Of a stretch of DNA of 64,000 bases, positions 49,633-63,115 are shown in pieces. The notes under the pieces are model-generated. The model was not told where the DNA came from. It saw nothing but the letters and a program-made list of their open reading frames with translations, and searched no databases. Made by a program: the position numbers and the translations under genes. This DNA comes from Malacoraja senta (taxonomy: Eukaryota). The stretch covers positions 62,001-126,000 of the forward strand of contig JAXLNO010001914.1 in the NCBI GenBank assembly GCA_038087875.1. Direction: 5' to 3'. Within the stretch, counting starts at the first letter, position 1; each line of letters opens with the position of its first letter.

Positions 49633-49835
49633 NNNNNNNNNNNNNNNNNNNNNNNNNNNNNNNNNNNNNNNNNNNNNNNNNNNNNNNNNNNNNNNNNNNN
49701 NNNNNNNNNNNNNNNNNNNNNNNNNNNNNNNNNNNNNNNNNNNNNNNNNNNNNNNNNNNNNNNNNNNNNNNNNNNNNNNNNNNNNNNNNNNNNNNNNNNN
49801 NNNNNNNNNNNNNNNNNNNNNNNNNNNNNNNNNNN
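49633..49835. other. Assembly gap (203 N)
   Basis: Run of N. Confidence 1.
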
Positions 49836-50751
49836 ATTCCTCTGGATGGCAAAAGGAAATCTGTTCACATAGAACTTTTAAAAGTACTCTTTATAGATTT
49901 TAATTTTCTTAATTTTTAAAAATATAATGACATCTTCTTGACATCTTCTTCAGAGTAAAACAAATCAAATGCTGTAAGAAAATAATCATGTAATAACCAC
50001 TGAGACTCTGCTCCAGCATATAGAAGAAAAGGATACATTATCATTCCCAATGTCATGTGTAATGGAAATCTAACAATAAATCAGTAGAACTGCAGATCAT
50101 AATTTGTAGAATGTGCAGTTTGTGGATTTGTGCTGGAGACTATTTGAATTTATCAAATATAATTAACAGTCCTAACAGGAAAAGGCAACGTGGTTTCATG
50201 CAGGGATGATATGGTGTCACAATTATTTACATGTAAATGCAAGATACTAAGAATTTCAAGCATTGTCCTCATCTTAGTCATAACACTGGCTGATATTGCA
50301 CATATCCTTCCCCAAGGAACATGGAAGGAAACAATGGCATGGATGGTGTGCGAATCCAGCAGGATCATTATATTTAGAATGTATTTTCCTCGTTAAGCTC
50401 ATCATGAAATATTCAAGTTTCAAGGGTGAAGTGAAAGTTAGTTACATTGCTTCATGCATTTGCTTTTACTCACTCAGAAATATTAGTATTAGAATATTGT
50501 GTTGCAACTTGCAAAAGATTAGAGCATCAGCAGAAATAACCAGAATGAATGGATAAATTATCTTCAAAGTCGACCTAACAGTGAAGACACATCATTGTTG
50601 AAGACAGAATAATTCCTTTAATACCGGCCTTTTACCTTGTGTTAGATCATTGGAAACCTTTATGAGTTAGCAATGCAGTGATGCTGTGCCTTTACTTAGA
50701 TCATATGGTCATTCCACTGAAAAATATGCTGCTGATATCCACTGTGGCAAT

Positions 50752-50840
50752 AGGGTCTTGACCTGAAACGTCACCCATTCCTTGTCTCCAGAGATGCTGC
50801 CTACCCCGCTGAGTTACTCCAGTATTTTGTGTCTACCTTC
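50752..50840 (+). mobile_element. Penelope terminal-repeat fragment with 3' half of hammerhead motif
   Basis: AGGGTCTTGACCTGAAACGTCACCC..GAGTTACTCCAGTATTTTGTGTCTACC. Confidence 0.8.
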
Positions 50841-50954
50841 TATTACAATAGCTGGTGTACAGGTAATATTGGATTTGGGTTTCTTTGTAAACATCCTGGA
50901 AAATACAGAGGCACATAAAGAACTAAATATTATAATTGTAAAGTTATTGTTTCC

Positions 50955-51860
50955 ATAGCATGACAAGGATGGGGCCATTCAGTCCCTCAAATCTGCTCCA
51001 CCATTCATCAAGATCATTGTTTATATGTTATTTCATCACTGTTTTCCTGCACTAATCTCATCTTCATTACTTTTAAGATCACAAAAAATTATCAATCTGT
51101 CTTGATTATACTCTTGCAAAGCAAAGGCTCACTACCCTCTCAATTAGGATATTTTGTATAATAACCTCTTGTGTGACACTTTATTGGAAAACTTCTTAAA
51201 GTCAAGATACTTCATATTCATAATTTTGCAGATTACAACCTTAAAAATATGTATAATTTTGTCAAACACAATTTTCCTTTCATAAGAACATAATAGGACT
51301 TGCACAATCCTATTATTGTCAGAGGCCAGTACTACTTCCTTGGGAAAAGCCTCAAGTATTTTCCTTCTATTGTTATCAGCCTTAGGAAAGGTGACAACCA
51401 ATATTCACCGTCTTTAAAGCCTCTTCCTTCAAAAAAAATGCTATGCTTGTCGTCAGGTTCTTAGGACTTTTTTAAAAATCTTTCAATCTCATAAATACTC
51501 TTTGTTTCATAAGGAATAGTTTCTTTCAGCTTCGCATTACATTGAATCTGTTGTCTTCCATCACTTCTGGAAGGTCTTCTAATAGATGCAAAATACATTT
51601 GTTTAATTTCTCTGCCATTATTTTTTTTTCCAGAGTATGCTTTCTTACATCTCTGTCTGTAGGGGAGACACATTCACCTCATAATCTTCTCCAATTTACA
51701 TGTTTATAGCCTGAATGGTTGGAGTTTGTTTCTCATTTTGCTACTTCTTCTACTTTCTTTTCCTTACTAATTTCATGGTCCTATTTTGATTACTCTTCCC
51801 CCAATGCCCCTTAACTAGCTGTGATGAATTAATCCCATCTGAATGCATAGAGATTAAGAA
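50955..51860 (-). mobile_element. Old, decayed CR1 fragments
   Basis: GGCCATTCAGTCCCTCAAATCTGCTCCACCATTCATCAAGATCAT is the reverse complement of a CR1 3' UTR. Weak ORF2-like sequence follows. Confidence 0.5.
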
Positions 51861-51879
51861 AGAGGATGTATCCAGTTGA

Positions 51880-52530
51880 TTACGTTAACGTTAACATACA
51901 CGTTGCTCTCAATTTCACTTGGACCCTCTCTGACATTTCTCTCCCCTTTCTTGATGTTTCTATCTCCATCACAGGAGACAGACTATCGACTGACGTCTAC
52001 TACAAACTTATCGACTCCCACAGTTATCTGAACTATACTTTCTCCCACCCTGCCTCCTGCAAAGGATGCAGGCAGCCTGAGGAGGCAGCCTCATTGCAGT
52101 CATCAAAGTAGCAGAGAAAATGTTAGGGTAAGGTTCTAGTGTACATTTGGAACAAGAACTGTTCAATGTAACCAATAAAAAGGTAGGCATAGCTGGGTCC
52201 CATGCGAGTGCCCATGGCTACACTTTTTAACTTGGAGAAAGTGAGAGCAATCAAAAGAGAATTTGTGGGGTGTGAGGACAAGCTGTGCCAGGTGGAGGAG
52301 AACGTCAGTAGAGGGAAATTGTTAAACTCTGTTCTCTGAGCCCCCTCAGCTGTATCAACCTATTACCTGCCAGCCTTTGTCCTGCCCCTCAACTCTTCCA
52401 GCTTACTCTGCTCCCACCCCCCCCCTCCCCACCGCACAACCAGTCTGAAGAAGGGTCCCGACCCGAAACGTCACCTATCCATGTTCTCCACAGATGCTGC
52501 CTGACCCACTGAGTTACTCCAGCACTGTTT
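51880..52530. mobile_element. Rearranged Penelope element: two RT pieces in opposite orientations plus terminal repeat
   Basis: Plus strand gives ALNFTWTLSDISLPFLDVSISITGDRLSTDVYYK..DSHSYL.Y.FSHP. Minus strand 52070-52340 gives AMGTRMGPSYA and YFDD. The plus-strand terminal repeat spans 52340-52530. Confidence 0.88.
52442..52475 (+). ncRNA. Minimal hammerhead ribozyme motif, intact
   Basis: CTGAAGA (52445-52451), A, GGGTC-CC-GACCC, GAAA, CGTC, ACC. Confidence 0.75.
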
Positions 52531-55500
52531 TTAAAAAGTGTATTTTTTTTTAAACTTCTTCTCCTGTTCTATATTGCCTATCTCTATAATTGATTGGCTT
52601 GACCTCTGAAGTTTTGTAATCATGTATATGTGATTGCTAGGAGATGGTACATATCTAAAAGTGGATAAATCCAAGGAAACCCTTTGTGCCATTTTTTCCA
52701 GCATTGCCACATACCATGCCGATGACTTTACCCCGAATCACCATATCTTCCCCCAGAAGGGAAAGGGTGTACAGATGGGTTCATCATCCTTATTTTACCA
52801 ACTCCTGCCTGACGTTTTAGAAAATTCACCAGTAGAGTTCAAACACTCTGCATGGTGAGGAAATGAGGGTCTCTAAATACGAGACTGCAGTGCAGCAAAC
52901 AGAAGTATTGTGAAGTGTTTTTGAATAATTCCCTTAAGGCGAAGCAAGGGACGTGTATTGCAAGGGGAACCTGCGATAATGCAGGTGTAAAGAGTAAAGT
53001 TGTTATTGGAGGCCAGATTCTTATCATGAGGTTGCTGAAAATTCCTGCCACTGCAGCCATCTCTTGGGATCCAAGTTCAAGTCATTAACCTTTCTACTGG
53101 CCTCTTCCTTCTGGCATTAATGGTGTGCCTGGAAGTTATTCCGCTCTTGTGGAGACAAGACAGGTTCACTTGAAATAGGTTTTAAATCCAAACTATCTTG
53201 TAATAGCAATAATTTTACTATATCACCCAGCTTTCAATATTTGGCAGCCCAGATCACAACTGTGAGAAAATAAAGGTCAGTGTTTCAGGTTGATCACCTT
53301 TCATCAGAACTGCTTCCTGCTCGAATGAACATCCATTGCCATAGGCAGGCCGTTTCTCACCATATCTTTGTCAAAATCAATCTTGAGTGGTCTAATGGGC
53401 AGTTCCAAGAGTTGCCAACACTCACCCACTGATATTATTTTCTGCTCTCATGTGGAAATGTGGTCTTCATTTATATTTATATGGTCTTCATGTATATTTG
53501 TACCTTTGAACAGGAATGGGATGGAGAAGGTCGCCACATAGTGAACTCCAATGAGGTGAACAGCACCATAAAATCAACAAAAGTTATTCTGAAAAAACCC
53601 CACTTACAATAACCTGTGCGGAAAAATAGATTTAATAATGATGAGATATTTCATGCATAGGGCATAAAATGGTTTAAGCATCAAAGAATTACTAAATTAT
53701 GCGGTATAAAGAGTAAAAGGTATCGGAATTGCCACTATTTTTGTTTTGAAGCCTAGGGCAAGAGTACTGCATGACGATAGCTGTATCAAAATGAATTGGT
53801 AGCAGTACAGTGAAGCTTGTATCTGGTCACATAGACCTGCTCTGAGTCAGCTGCATTGTAGATTCTTCTCATTCCATCAGTCTAATGGATAGCAATTGAA
53901 TTTAATTAGTAAAGCAGCTCAGAGTAACAGCACGCTGCGCAGAGTGAAATGAGAAGCTATCTGCTGAAGACTTGCAAAGAATGTCATTTTAACTGCCATT
54001 CTGAATAGTGATGGAAACCAAATGCTCTCCTCACAATTTTCAACAATAAATTATTACTGTAAAATGTAGAAGGGGGTCCCCCTTCTCACTTTCTCTTTAA
54101 AATGTGCAAGGAAAAACACACAAGCCCTCCTGTAGTTTTGTTGCTAACAAGAGACTCAATTTTGCCTGGCTGGTCACAGCAAGCAGGCAAGTTCCAATGA
54201 TTGATTATTGTGGTATCTCTGTATCTTTGACTTTGAACCATGACCTCTTTGTGTACAAAGAGGGTTGGGACCTACCATTTGCCATCTGGAAAGAGGGACT
54301 GTGCACAGGGAAAAAAGTCTAGTATTAATCATCCAATTAAGACCACAAAAAAAACAGACATATAAGTTTTATGACATTTAATAATTTTCAAAATTAATTA
54401 CATTCTTATACAGACCACTATCCGCAACTAGCAGCGCTCATTTATACATTTCCTCGCAATCCCTGCAATAAAAAGTAGGCTCAAGTTCGTCTTTGCTCGA
54501 CTAATCTGCAAGCACTTTAATTAGCCTGAAGAAAAGTGATTGTTCACTTAGAACCAAAAGAAGGACGGACTGAATTCTCACCTATTGTGGGATGCGGTGC
54601 ATTTTACTAGACAAATTCACCAATTAGTCCAGTCACATACAGTAGTATTCTCTCAGTTTCTAGAGACCCAGCAATGCAAAGCCACCTCTTTGAAAATCCA
54701 GTGCAATTATGCTGAGGGCTTGAATTTCTAACTAGGTTTTCATTGGTGGGGGTGAGAAAGAGAGAGGAGGGGGGGGGGGGTTGTAGACAACTGGGAAAAC
54801 CCATCTCCAGGGGCATTTTGACTCCCCATTGAGGACATTTTTTTTTTGCAGATAAAAAGAATGTTGTATTGATCTGATTACACTGCATTACCCACAATAG
54901 AACAGCATATTGATGCTGAGAAAACACTTGCATGATACACTACATCTGTTGTGACCTTAGTAAGGATAATTTAGGTAGCACCCCTCTGCTCAATCTACCT
55001 TAAATCTTTTCCTTATGTGCCAAAACATCTTTCTGTATAAACAGTGCAGATTTTTAAGTCTTTGAAATTATTTATTCTAATTGTCATGGTACAATTTTCT
55101 GCTCAATAACTCCCTTTTAGAAAAATAGAAGCCAACGTCTCGAGAATGAATATCACTTCAACTCAATTTATTACCTGGCTTGCAATATCTGGAAGAGATA
55201 CTTAACAGCGTTATCCTAATTGTAGTGGGAGTCGAGAACGAACAGCATAATTTCACGTCAGGTTCACACAGTATAATACACAATCTTTTCTTACACAAAA
55301 TGTAATGAACTCCTTTAAATCACAACTACCAGGAAGTATGAACAGAATAATAATAGTTAATGTATTCTACAGCACTGTGAAATAATCATAACAGAAACAC
55401 TGTCTCTTTTGACTAGTATATTTGCTCCAAAGTGTAACTGACTCTTCATTTTTTCCCATTCAACTCTATCTGTTTCATCTGTTTTATTTTTGTGATTTCC

Positions 55501-58063
55501 CTGATTGTCCCAGTGTTCTTGGGAAGTTACTTCAATTACTGCTGAGGATGGGTGAGGGAAAAACCTTATTAAGACTAAACTTATTAACTCTTCCAGGATT
55601 TTCCTTTTTTTCTTTATTTCTGAAAGCATTTCCCTTCATTGAGCAGAATTGATATTATGTTTTCAGATTCTTTCCCGACTGTCTGGTAAACATAAATTGA
55701 TGTACTGGCAAGTAAAGTAGGCCTACCTTCACCTCACATTAGTCATTAAGACACTGATGCACCATCCGTTCTACTGAACCCTTCAGTTCTGGATCCATAA
55801 CTCTTTCTGGCACTTGGCTCAACTAACGAATAACTGTGTTTAGGCTCTGGTCAGCAATACTCAGTTCCAATTTCAAGCCAGAGCAAATGAGTTGGGTGGT
55901 TTCAGAACAGCAGGAGGAGAAAATATGCACACATATAAATGCAATTTTGGTTCATTCACAAACTAGAATGGGATACTACATTGGCTGAAAAGGCTACAGT
56001 TGAAGAATCTGAGGAAAAAGAGGAAGCAAGAGCAAGCTTTAGATGTGAAGCCCTATTATTTTAAAAAAACAATGTAAAGTTTACAAGAAATTCCCTCCAG
56101 TGTGTATGGGCCAGTCAGTCAGGAATTTAATGTGATTAGAAAGAAGGAAATTTTTGGAAGGTATCCTAAGCATCTTTCTGTAACTTAGATTCATGCATCT
56201 CCTGGAACACCCTCAATTAATACTAGTTACTTACACCACTGGTGACTAAAGCATTTCTCCAAAAGAAATGTTATGTGCAGAGCAGTGGGAATCTGAACAG
56301 ATACATACTTGAAATATAAATTGAAGGGTTTTGTATAACTTGAAAATGTCTACATATGGTTCCTGTTTTTTTATCAGTCTCCCAATATGTGATTGTTTTA
56401 AATGTACCTGAAGCCTTCTCATCATGTATAATGTGCACAGAACACTTAACTTCCTTTGTAAATGTTTAGCTCTTACAAAGGTGCCAGCATATTGTCAACC
56501 ATAAAGTATTGTCTGATAAAGGACCAGAAGGTAAATGCATTTTATATATTGATGAAAAGATGGTGATGTGGGCCCTGATAAACAAACAGCTTATTTTATT
56601 TATTTTTTAAGTACTGTGGATCATAGAGTATAAACAGTACTTTTTAATTCTACTCACATATAACTTTAATCCCATGTCCTCTTGGTTCTCTGTTTCACTC
56701 TGTCCATATATTGAATGGTAAAATAATAGAATTAAGCCTCCCCCACATTGGAAATAACTGGTAAAAAAGTTGCAAATTATTACAAGGGTGGTTAGTATTC
56801 TATGGTACCTTTAGCTTAAATGGAGAATACATTAAAGATAATTGATTACTATTCCAAATAAATAAATGTATAGCACCTAAATCTGATTATTAAGATGATC
56901 AAGTCTGAAACTTAGTTCAATGAAATAGGAAATAAGAGATGTGCTTTTCTGCAGGACTGTGTAAACAGTACGGGACTGTGCTATTACATAATCCACATAA
57001 AATAAAGTAGGTGCTGCATTAGTATCATCTCTACTTTTCTCCCTTTCTCTAACACATAAACACATGTAAAAACAATAATGTGAAAATTATTATTATAATC
57101 CTCATTAGGAAACTATTATCGTTGTCTTGGATTTTAATGAATAAATATTAACTAATGAATCTCCAGCGTTCTTTTATAAAAATAAATCAACACGACTGCC
57201 ATCTTTTGCAATATTTTCCTTAATTTGGCCCAACGAGTATGGAAACTCTCCCAGGGGAACAAATTTCTTACGTCCGACCAATGAACCTAGCTCTCTTTTT
57301 TGTATTCAGCAGCCATAAGGCACTTTATTTTACCACTTTTTCTACCATCTGTACCAACTTTCCCCACAGACTGCTGCAGCTGTCCAGTGTAATGTGTTCA
57401 GTTCCTTTTATTTTCTGTCCAAATAGCTCGTCAACAATTCTGAAATATTTATAACTATTGTGTCCCTTTTGTTCTGGGCAGCTTAAGAAGGGACTGATCC
57501 TGTTCTCTTTTTACATTGAAATATCCCCATACATATTATATTACCACAATATGTCAATAAAGGGGTAACAGAAAATTGTTTTCAAATATCTTGAAAAAAA
57601 TATGCAAAAATATAATTAATTATTAAACTCAAAAGCAAAATGGAAATGCACAAGAATGAAACTGCACAACAGAAGGCCACCATATGTCCTATTTGCTTCA
57701 AAACATACAGGCATGAGATATGATGGCATGTCAACAATTTCACTCATCATTGTGAACTGGAAGTTTTATTCTAAATCCAGCCAACATTTCCTATTTGAAA
57801 TTATATTTGACATCTATCCATCAGCTGCTCTTCTAGTATCTGTAAACATATTTTAAAAACAATCAGGTGCTATGCAAATGCTGCCTAGCGAACATGATTT
57901 GAAAATAAGTTGTTGCATCCCCTCAGAAATAGAAACCCACAGATACATTGCAAGGTTATCTGCAACCAGAATATGACTAATCACAGAACAAAGACATTAA
58001 CATAGCATTAACCAAGGCTTCACTTTTTTTTTACTCTCTCAACCAAACCAAAGAGGGTATTCT

Positions 58064-58208
58064 GGGTCTGAAGAAGGGTCCAGACCTGAAATGTCAACTA
58101 TCCATGTTGTCCAGGGATGCTGCCTAACCTGCTGAGTTACTCCAGCATGTTACTCCAGCATGTTGTGTCTTTCCTTGGTAAATCAACATCTACGGTTCCT
58201 TGTTTCTA
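58064..58208 (+). mobile_element. 145-bp Penelope terminal-repeat insertion starting at the hammerhead motif
   Basis: Perfect 15-bp TSD CAAAGAGGGTATTCT at 58049-58063 and 58209-58223. Begins GGGTCTGAAGAAGGGTCCAGACCTGAAATGTC. Confidence 0.88.
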
Positions 58209-61200
58209 CAAAGAGGGTATTCTACTGACTTTAGAAGAATCAAATTTTGAGTGGAATTCAATATGCAATTAACATGTGGTAAACCTAATCAATATGTTTT
58301 GCACATGCAACCAATGACAAATGTCTAATGGTTAGGATCCACTCCTGAGGATTAAACAGGCTATTACTTCAACTCAGAAGTAGAGATCCCAGCTTTTGGA
58401 TGAAATATTTAACCTGTCCGTTCTTACACGTGGATCCCAAGGCTTCATTCAATAATGATTATTAAGACAAAGCTTTATTGAAGCCCTTACATACCATGCA
58501 AAGCCATTTCACCTAGAGTACAGTTTTCCTAAATCTGTTGCTGAAAGAACTAATCACATTTATAATAATAAACCGTTCAATGGCATGAAAGTAAACAGTT
58601 CCAAGTTAACAGTTCAAAAATTTGAAATGTAATAATTACAAAATCCAGTTTACAATATTTCCAATACAAATAATACTGTTTTGTAATTTTGTACTCCAAA
58701 ATGGAAGGCTGTGAATATTTTGTAAAACGAGGGAGGTTGAGCGTTACTCAGAAAGAAACAGGATTTTGGAGGCATGGCCTCGTTTGAAGAATCTTTTGGG
58801 ATATTCCCCTTCTCTACTGCACTAATGGGCATCTTAATTTATGTTAGTGCTACCTGCTCTTTCACATTTCCCTTTCCAATCACACTTGTAAATTCAATAC
58901 CTGAGAATCTTGAGTTGCCAGTCCTATAGAACTGTCAAACAAGTATCCATTATAGCAAGAATATCATATTCCAATGTATAAATCAACGCCCTCCATTCAT
59001 TTGCTTTACTTGTCAGATTTTCTTGCATTAAAATAGATGCAATTCAGCCTTGCATTCCTTCCATGTGCCTTATCAAGTGAATGTATGTTCTGACTTCTGG
59101 ACTGAGTTTGTTTCCTTCTATATTTAGCCGTTCCTCACTCTCTAATGTGGTGCTATTCCGTGTCCTATTCTTCTGCCAAAAGAACCAGCAAATTCAACCC
59201 CACCCCATCCCACAAAGATGCTGTAGCTGTTCTGGTTGGGTGCAATCCATCGAGTTTGTGCAGGTTTCACCATCTCCAGAAACAGTCCCAGTGATCAGAA
59301 GTCTTTGTGTTATCTGGGTCTAGAGACAAATACCAGAAGAGGAAGTTTTGAGAGGGAAATAAACGCCGACAACTGTAGACTAATGGCCATGACTTGCCAT
59401 CGGGTCTCTGTTAGGTAAGTCACACAATGGGTGGAACAGGCTTTCGGGAGGAGTGAGTAGATTCTGGGACTGAAGGGTAGGGTTTGAATCTCCTTCAAAG
59501 GCAATTAATCTAAAGTGGTGTTTTGGAGATTACAGATGGGTTCAATCGTCCATAATTGGTTATGTGTGTATGTGTTAGAGGCTGGTGGAGAAAGTGGATG
59601 AGGGTAAGAGTGTATGAATTATCAAAGGCAAGTGAGGGACATTTCAGTGCGGTCCCAATTTAGCTCTATGTTTGGAAGATACAAATGTCCTGGAAAGTGC
59701 AGCAATGAGGACAACTTAATCTTTGTTAACCCACAATGCCCTATAAGTAGTTGGGCATTGCAAATGGAATTGTATCATGTGCAATAGAAACGGAAATCGC
59801 ATCAGTTGTGAAGGGTGCATCACAACTGGAAGTCTCCTGCTGGATTCGTGAAGTGGTGCATTTCAACTCGGAATTGGTTGCATTTGATTTTCAGATACAG
59901 AGAGTGAAAGAAAAATAAATCATTTAAATATTTTGGCCTATGTATGGAAATTTGCCTCATGCTAAATAAGCACTGTTGTCATGCCCATTTACTACTCTCC
60001 CCTCTCAACATTTGGTTTCATTGAAGTTGATAAAGTCAGAGTTTAAGTTCATGCATTTGGTACAGTTAACATCATAATTATTCAAAACTGAAACCATGAA
60101 TTAATTAATAAATACAAGTACCTATTGTATGTAAATATTCTGTAAATAATACTATTTTAATATAATATGAGTATATGGTACTAGCTGTAATGGGGAGCGT
60201 AGGTTTTGAAAGATCATAGGACCAATGGACGGGGGGGGGGGGGGGGGGAGAAGGGTAGGTTATTTACAGAAAATGGGAGGGGAAAGTGAAAAAGTATCAG
60301 ACTTTATCCAGATATAACTGAGACATGGTTCTTCTGAGGAGCCAAGTTAGTGAGCACAGGTTCGTTGAAAATGTTGAAAATGAATTAAAACATGCAGATT
60401 AGGGTACCAATCGAAGAGATTTGAAATAATGTTGAAGCATGTAAGATGGAAAGCTTACTGGAAGTGGAATTGTAATATTTGTGTAATAATAACAAAGGCA
60501 CAAGGGACTGAAAAGAGGCAGAATAAGATGTTACTAAAGTAGAAAGTGTTGGTGATAGCAGAGACATGTTAATAGAACGTCAGATTCAAATAGAATATCA
60601 AGATTGCAAGCAAGCAGCCAAGAAGAGAGACAGATTCAGTGACCTGGCAATAGAAATTGTGCCAGGGACAAAAGGCATTGACTTCAGTTTTCACATTCAG
60701 ACATTTCTGCTCCTGCCCTGAATGTCTAAAAAGCAATCTCACAATTCTGAGACTGCACGGGGGTTGAGTTGGCATTGGGGGAAAGCCAGGTCCAGAAATT
60801 GCTACCAACATGTAATTAAAGCAAAAACTATTAACATTATAAACGGTGATTCCAAACTAATTTCACTTGAGGTGAAAATTATTTTAAACAAATACATTTT
60901 TGTACAATTACAAATTTTACACTTACCAACTATCTTCTCTCTATAATTCATGGGATGACTTGATGATCATCTATTTACATCTAGCTATTGTTTTTCCAAC
61001 TATTTCAAGTCTTCGTTCTTTTTTTATTCTACTTTCCATCTTTTGCCACACATTTGTTATTCATGTTTAATTGTTAATGTATTCTGTTGCATCCCAATAT
61101 TTCTTACATAATGAAATAATATTCATGTCATTTTTTTATCACCAGCATTTAGACCTACACATGCTAGCTCCTCTCCATCGTGTCTTAGTGCTTTCATATA

Positions 61201-62111
61201 ACTATTTCAATTTTGAAGGGAATCACCTGTTGATAGCCATGCATGTCTCTTCAATCATCTGTATCAAATTCAGGAATATTGACATTATTTATTTCAATCC
61301 ATATCATCAATAAACTAATATGCTTGAAGCATCCTATTTTCTCAAAGTTTTTCCATGCTATCTGTGTTTCCTCTTTCACAATCAAAAACAAATATCTCAG
61401 TTCCAGACTTTCAATCCACAATTATTAATGTGGGGTAAGTTCAGGCAAGGGGAAGTAGAGAAATTTAAAGAGAAAGAACAATGTGCAAGTAGCAAATGAA
61501 TAAACCGATTCTCTCAAGAAATGACAATGCATTCAAACATAAGAATATACCTCCAGTTGGAGTCAAAACAGGGAATCAAGTTATACAGAAAGCTCTTTAT
61601 TTGAATTCATGCAGCATTCACATTAAGATAGGTGAATAAGTGTTACAAACGAAATAAATCTATAAAATCTAATAGCCCATCTCAGAAACTTGGTTATAAA
61701 TTGAACAAGGTTAGGAAATAAATATCTCTAGACACTTAACATTTAGAAAATATAAATAAAATGGAAAAGGAGGAGTGGTAGCACTAATATTAAAGAATAA
61801 GATAGAAGCAACAGAGCAAAAGGATCTTAGCTCAGTAATATTAGTTTAGATGGAGCTAAGAAACAGCAATGGATAGAAAATATTGGTGGAAGTTGTGTGT
61901 AGGCTTCAAAACATAGATGGTTAGTGATAATGGACATAGTATTAATCTAGACTTTAAAAGTCTATGTAGTAAGGGTTAAAACATTATCAAGGTGGATTTA
62001 ACATACAAACCAAATCAGCAGTCAAGGTGTGGAGGACATAATCAAATGGCATAGAAAATGGTACTCTTATAATATTGAGAAATAATATGTTGAGGAACTA
62101 ATGAAGGAAGT

Positions 62112-63115
62112 ATGTCGGAAGGAACTGCAGATGCTGGTTTACACCAAAGATGGACACAAAATGCTGGTCGAGACCCTGCTTCAGACTGAGCGCCAGGGAG
62201 AAAGAGTAAAGGGCCTGTCCCACTGCAGGGACTTAATTTGCGAGTTTAGAAGAGTTTAGTTTCAAAAAGTGTCATGGTCTTGTTGTATCGCCGAAGTAGA
62301 ACACCGCCTTCGACCTCCTTCGACTATGTAGAGAACCTCCTATGAATATGTAGAAGACCTCCTTCGACTATGTAGAAGACCTCCTTCGATCTCCTTCGAC
62401 CTCCTTCGACTATGTTGAAGACTAGCTTCGGGAAAATTGGACACTGAATAGTGGACAGTGAAGACGACCACCTTTGACTATACTAACATTATCTACGACT
62501 ACCTTCGACTACCTTTGATTCCCTTCGACTACCTTCGATTCCCTTCGACTACCTTCGATTACCTTTGATTGCATTTGATTACCTACGAATAACATGCTGA
62601 CCTACTACGACCTACTTCGACTAAACCTACGAGTAAAAAAAATATAGATTTTTTCCATGCCGACCAATTTTTACTCACGGACAATGTTCAGCATGCTAAA
62701 AAATACTCCTCAACCAAACTGAGGCCTCGAGTATGCGGGAACTTCTCTCAAGCATGAAGGAGAGTTACATAGACCTCCGAGGACCACGTGTCGACCACGT
62801 TTCAAGTTTGAGTTGAGCGCAAACTCTTCTAAACTCGCAAATTAGGTCTCCGCAGTGGGATAGGCCCTTTATGGAGATAAGGAAGTATAAGAGATCAAAA
62901 GAGATGCAGATCAAGGAGAATGTAGTTAGCTAGGTGAAGGTGACAACAAAGCAAACAGAGATACAATTTAATCAAAGGGACAGTCAGACTGATCGGAGAA
63001 CTGGGAAGGGGAGGGGGGGAGATGGAGAAAGAAGGAAAGCAAGCGTTACAAAGTTAGAGAAGTCAATATTCATACCGCTGGTGTGTAAGCTGCCCAAGCG
63101 AAATATGAGGTGCTG
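62112..63115 (-). mobile_element. Penelope 3' fragment (endonuclease C-terminus, UTR, terminal repeat), split by a MITE
   Basis: Minus strand 63047-63115 reads QHLIFRLGSLHTSGMNIDFSNF. The terminal repeat and tail at 62112-62186 carry an internal deletion. Confidence 0.85.
62210..62868. mobile_element. PIF/Harbinger-like non-autonomous element with internal tandem repeats
   Basis: ~48-bp TIR AGGGCCT(G/A)TCCCACTGC..AATTTGCGAGTTTAGAAGAGTTT. Flanks are TAA and TTA (TWA target). Confidence 0.88.

Noticed and set aside
49553-49903. ORFs spanning the N run
   Set aside because: Open only because of the gap.
62300-62630. CRISPR-like repeat array
   Set aside because: Units are ~10 bp with no unique spacers, lie inside a eukaryotic MITE, and no cas genes are present.
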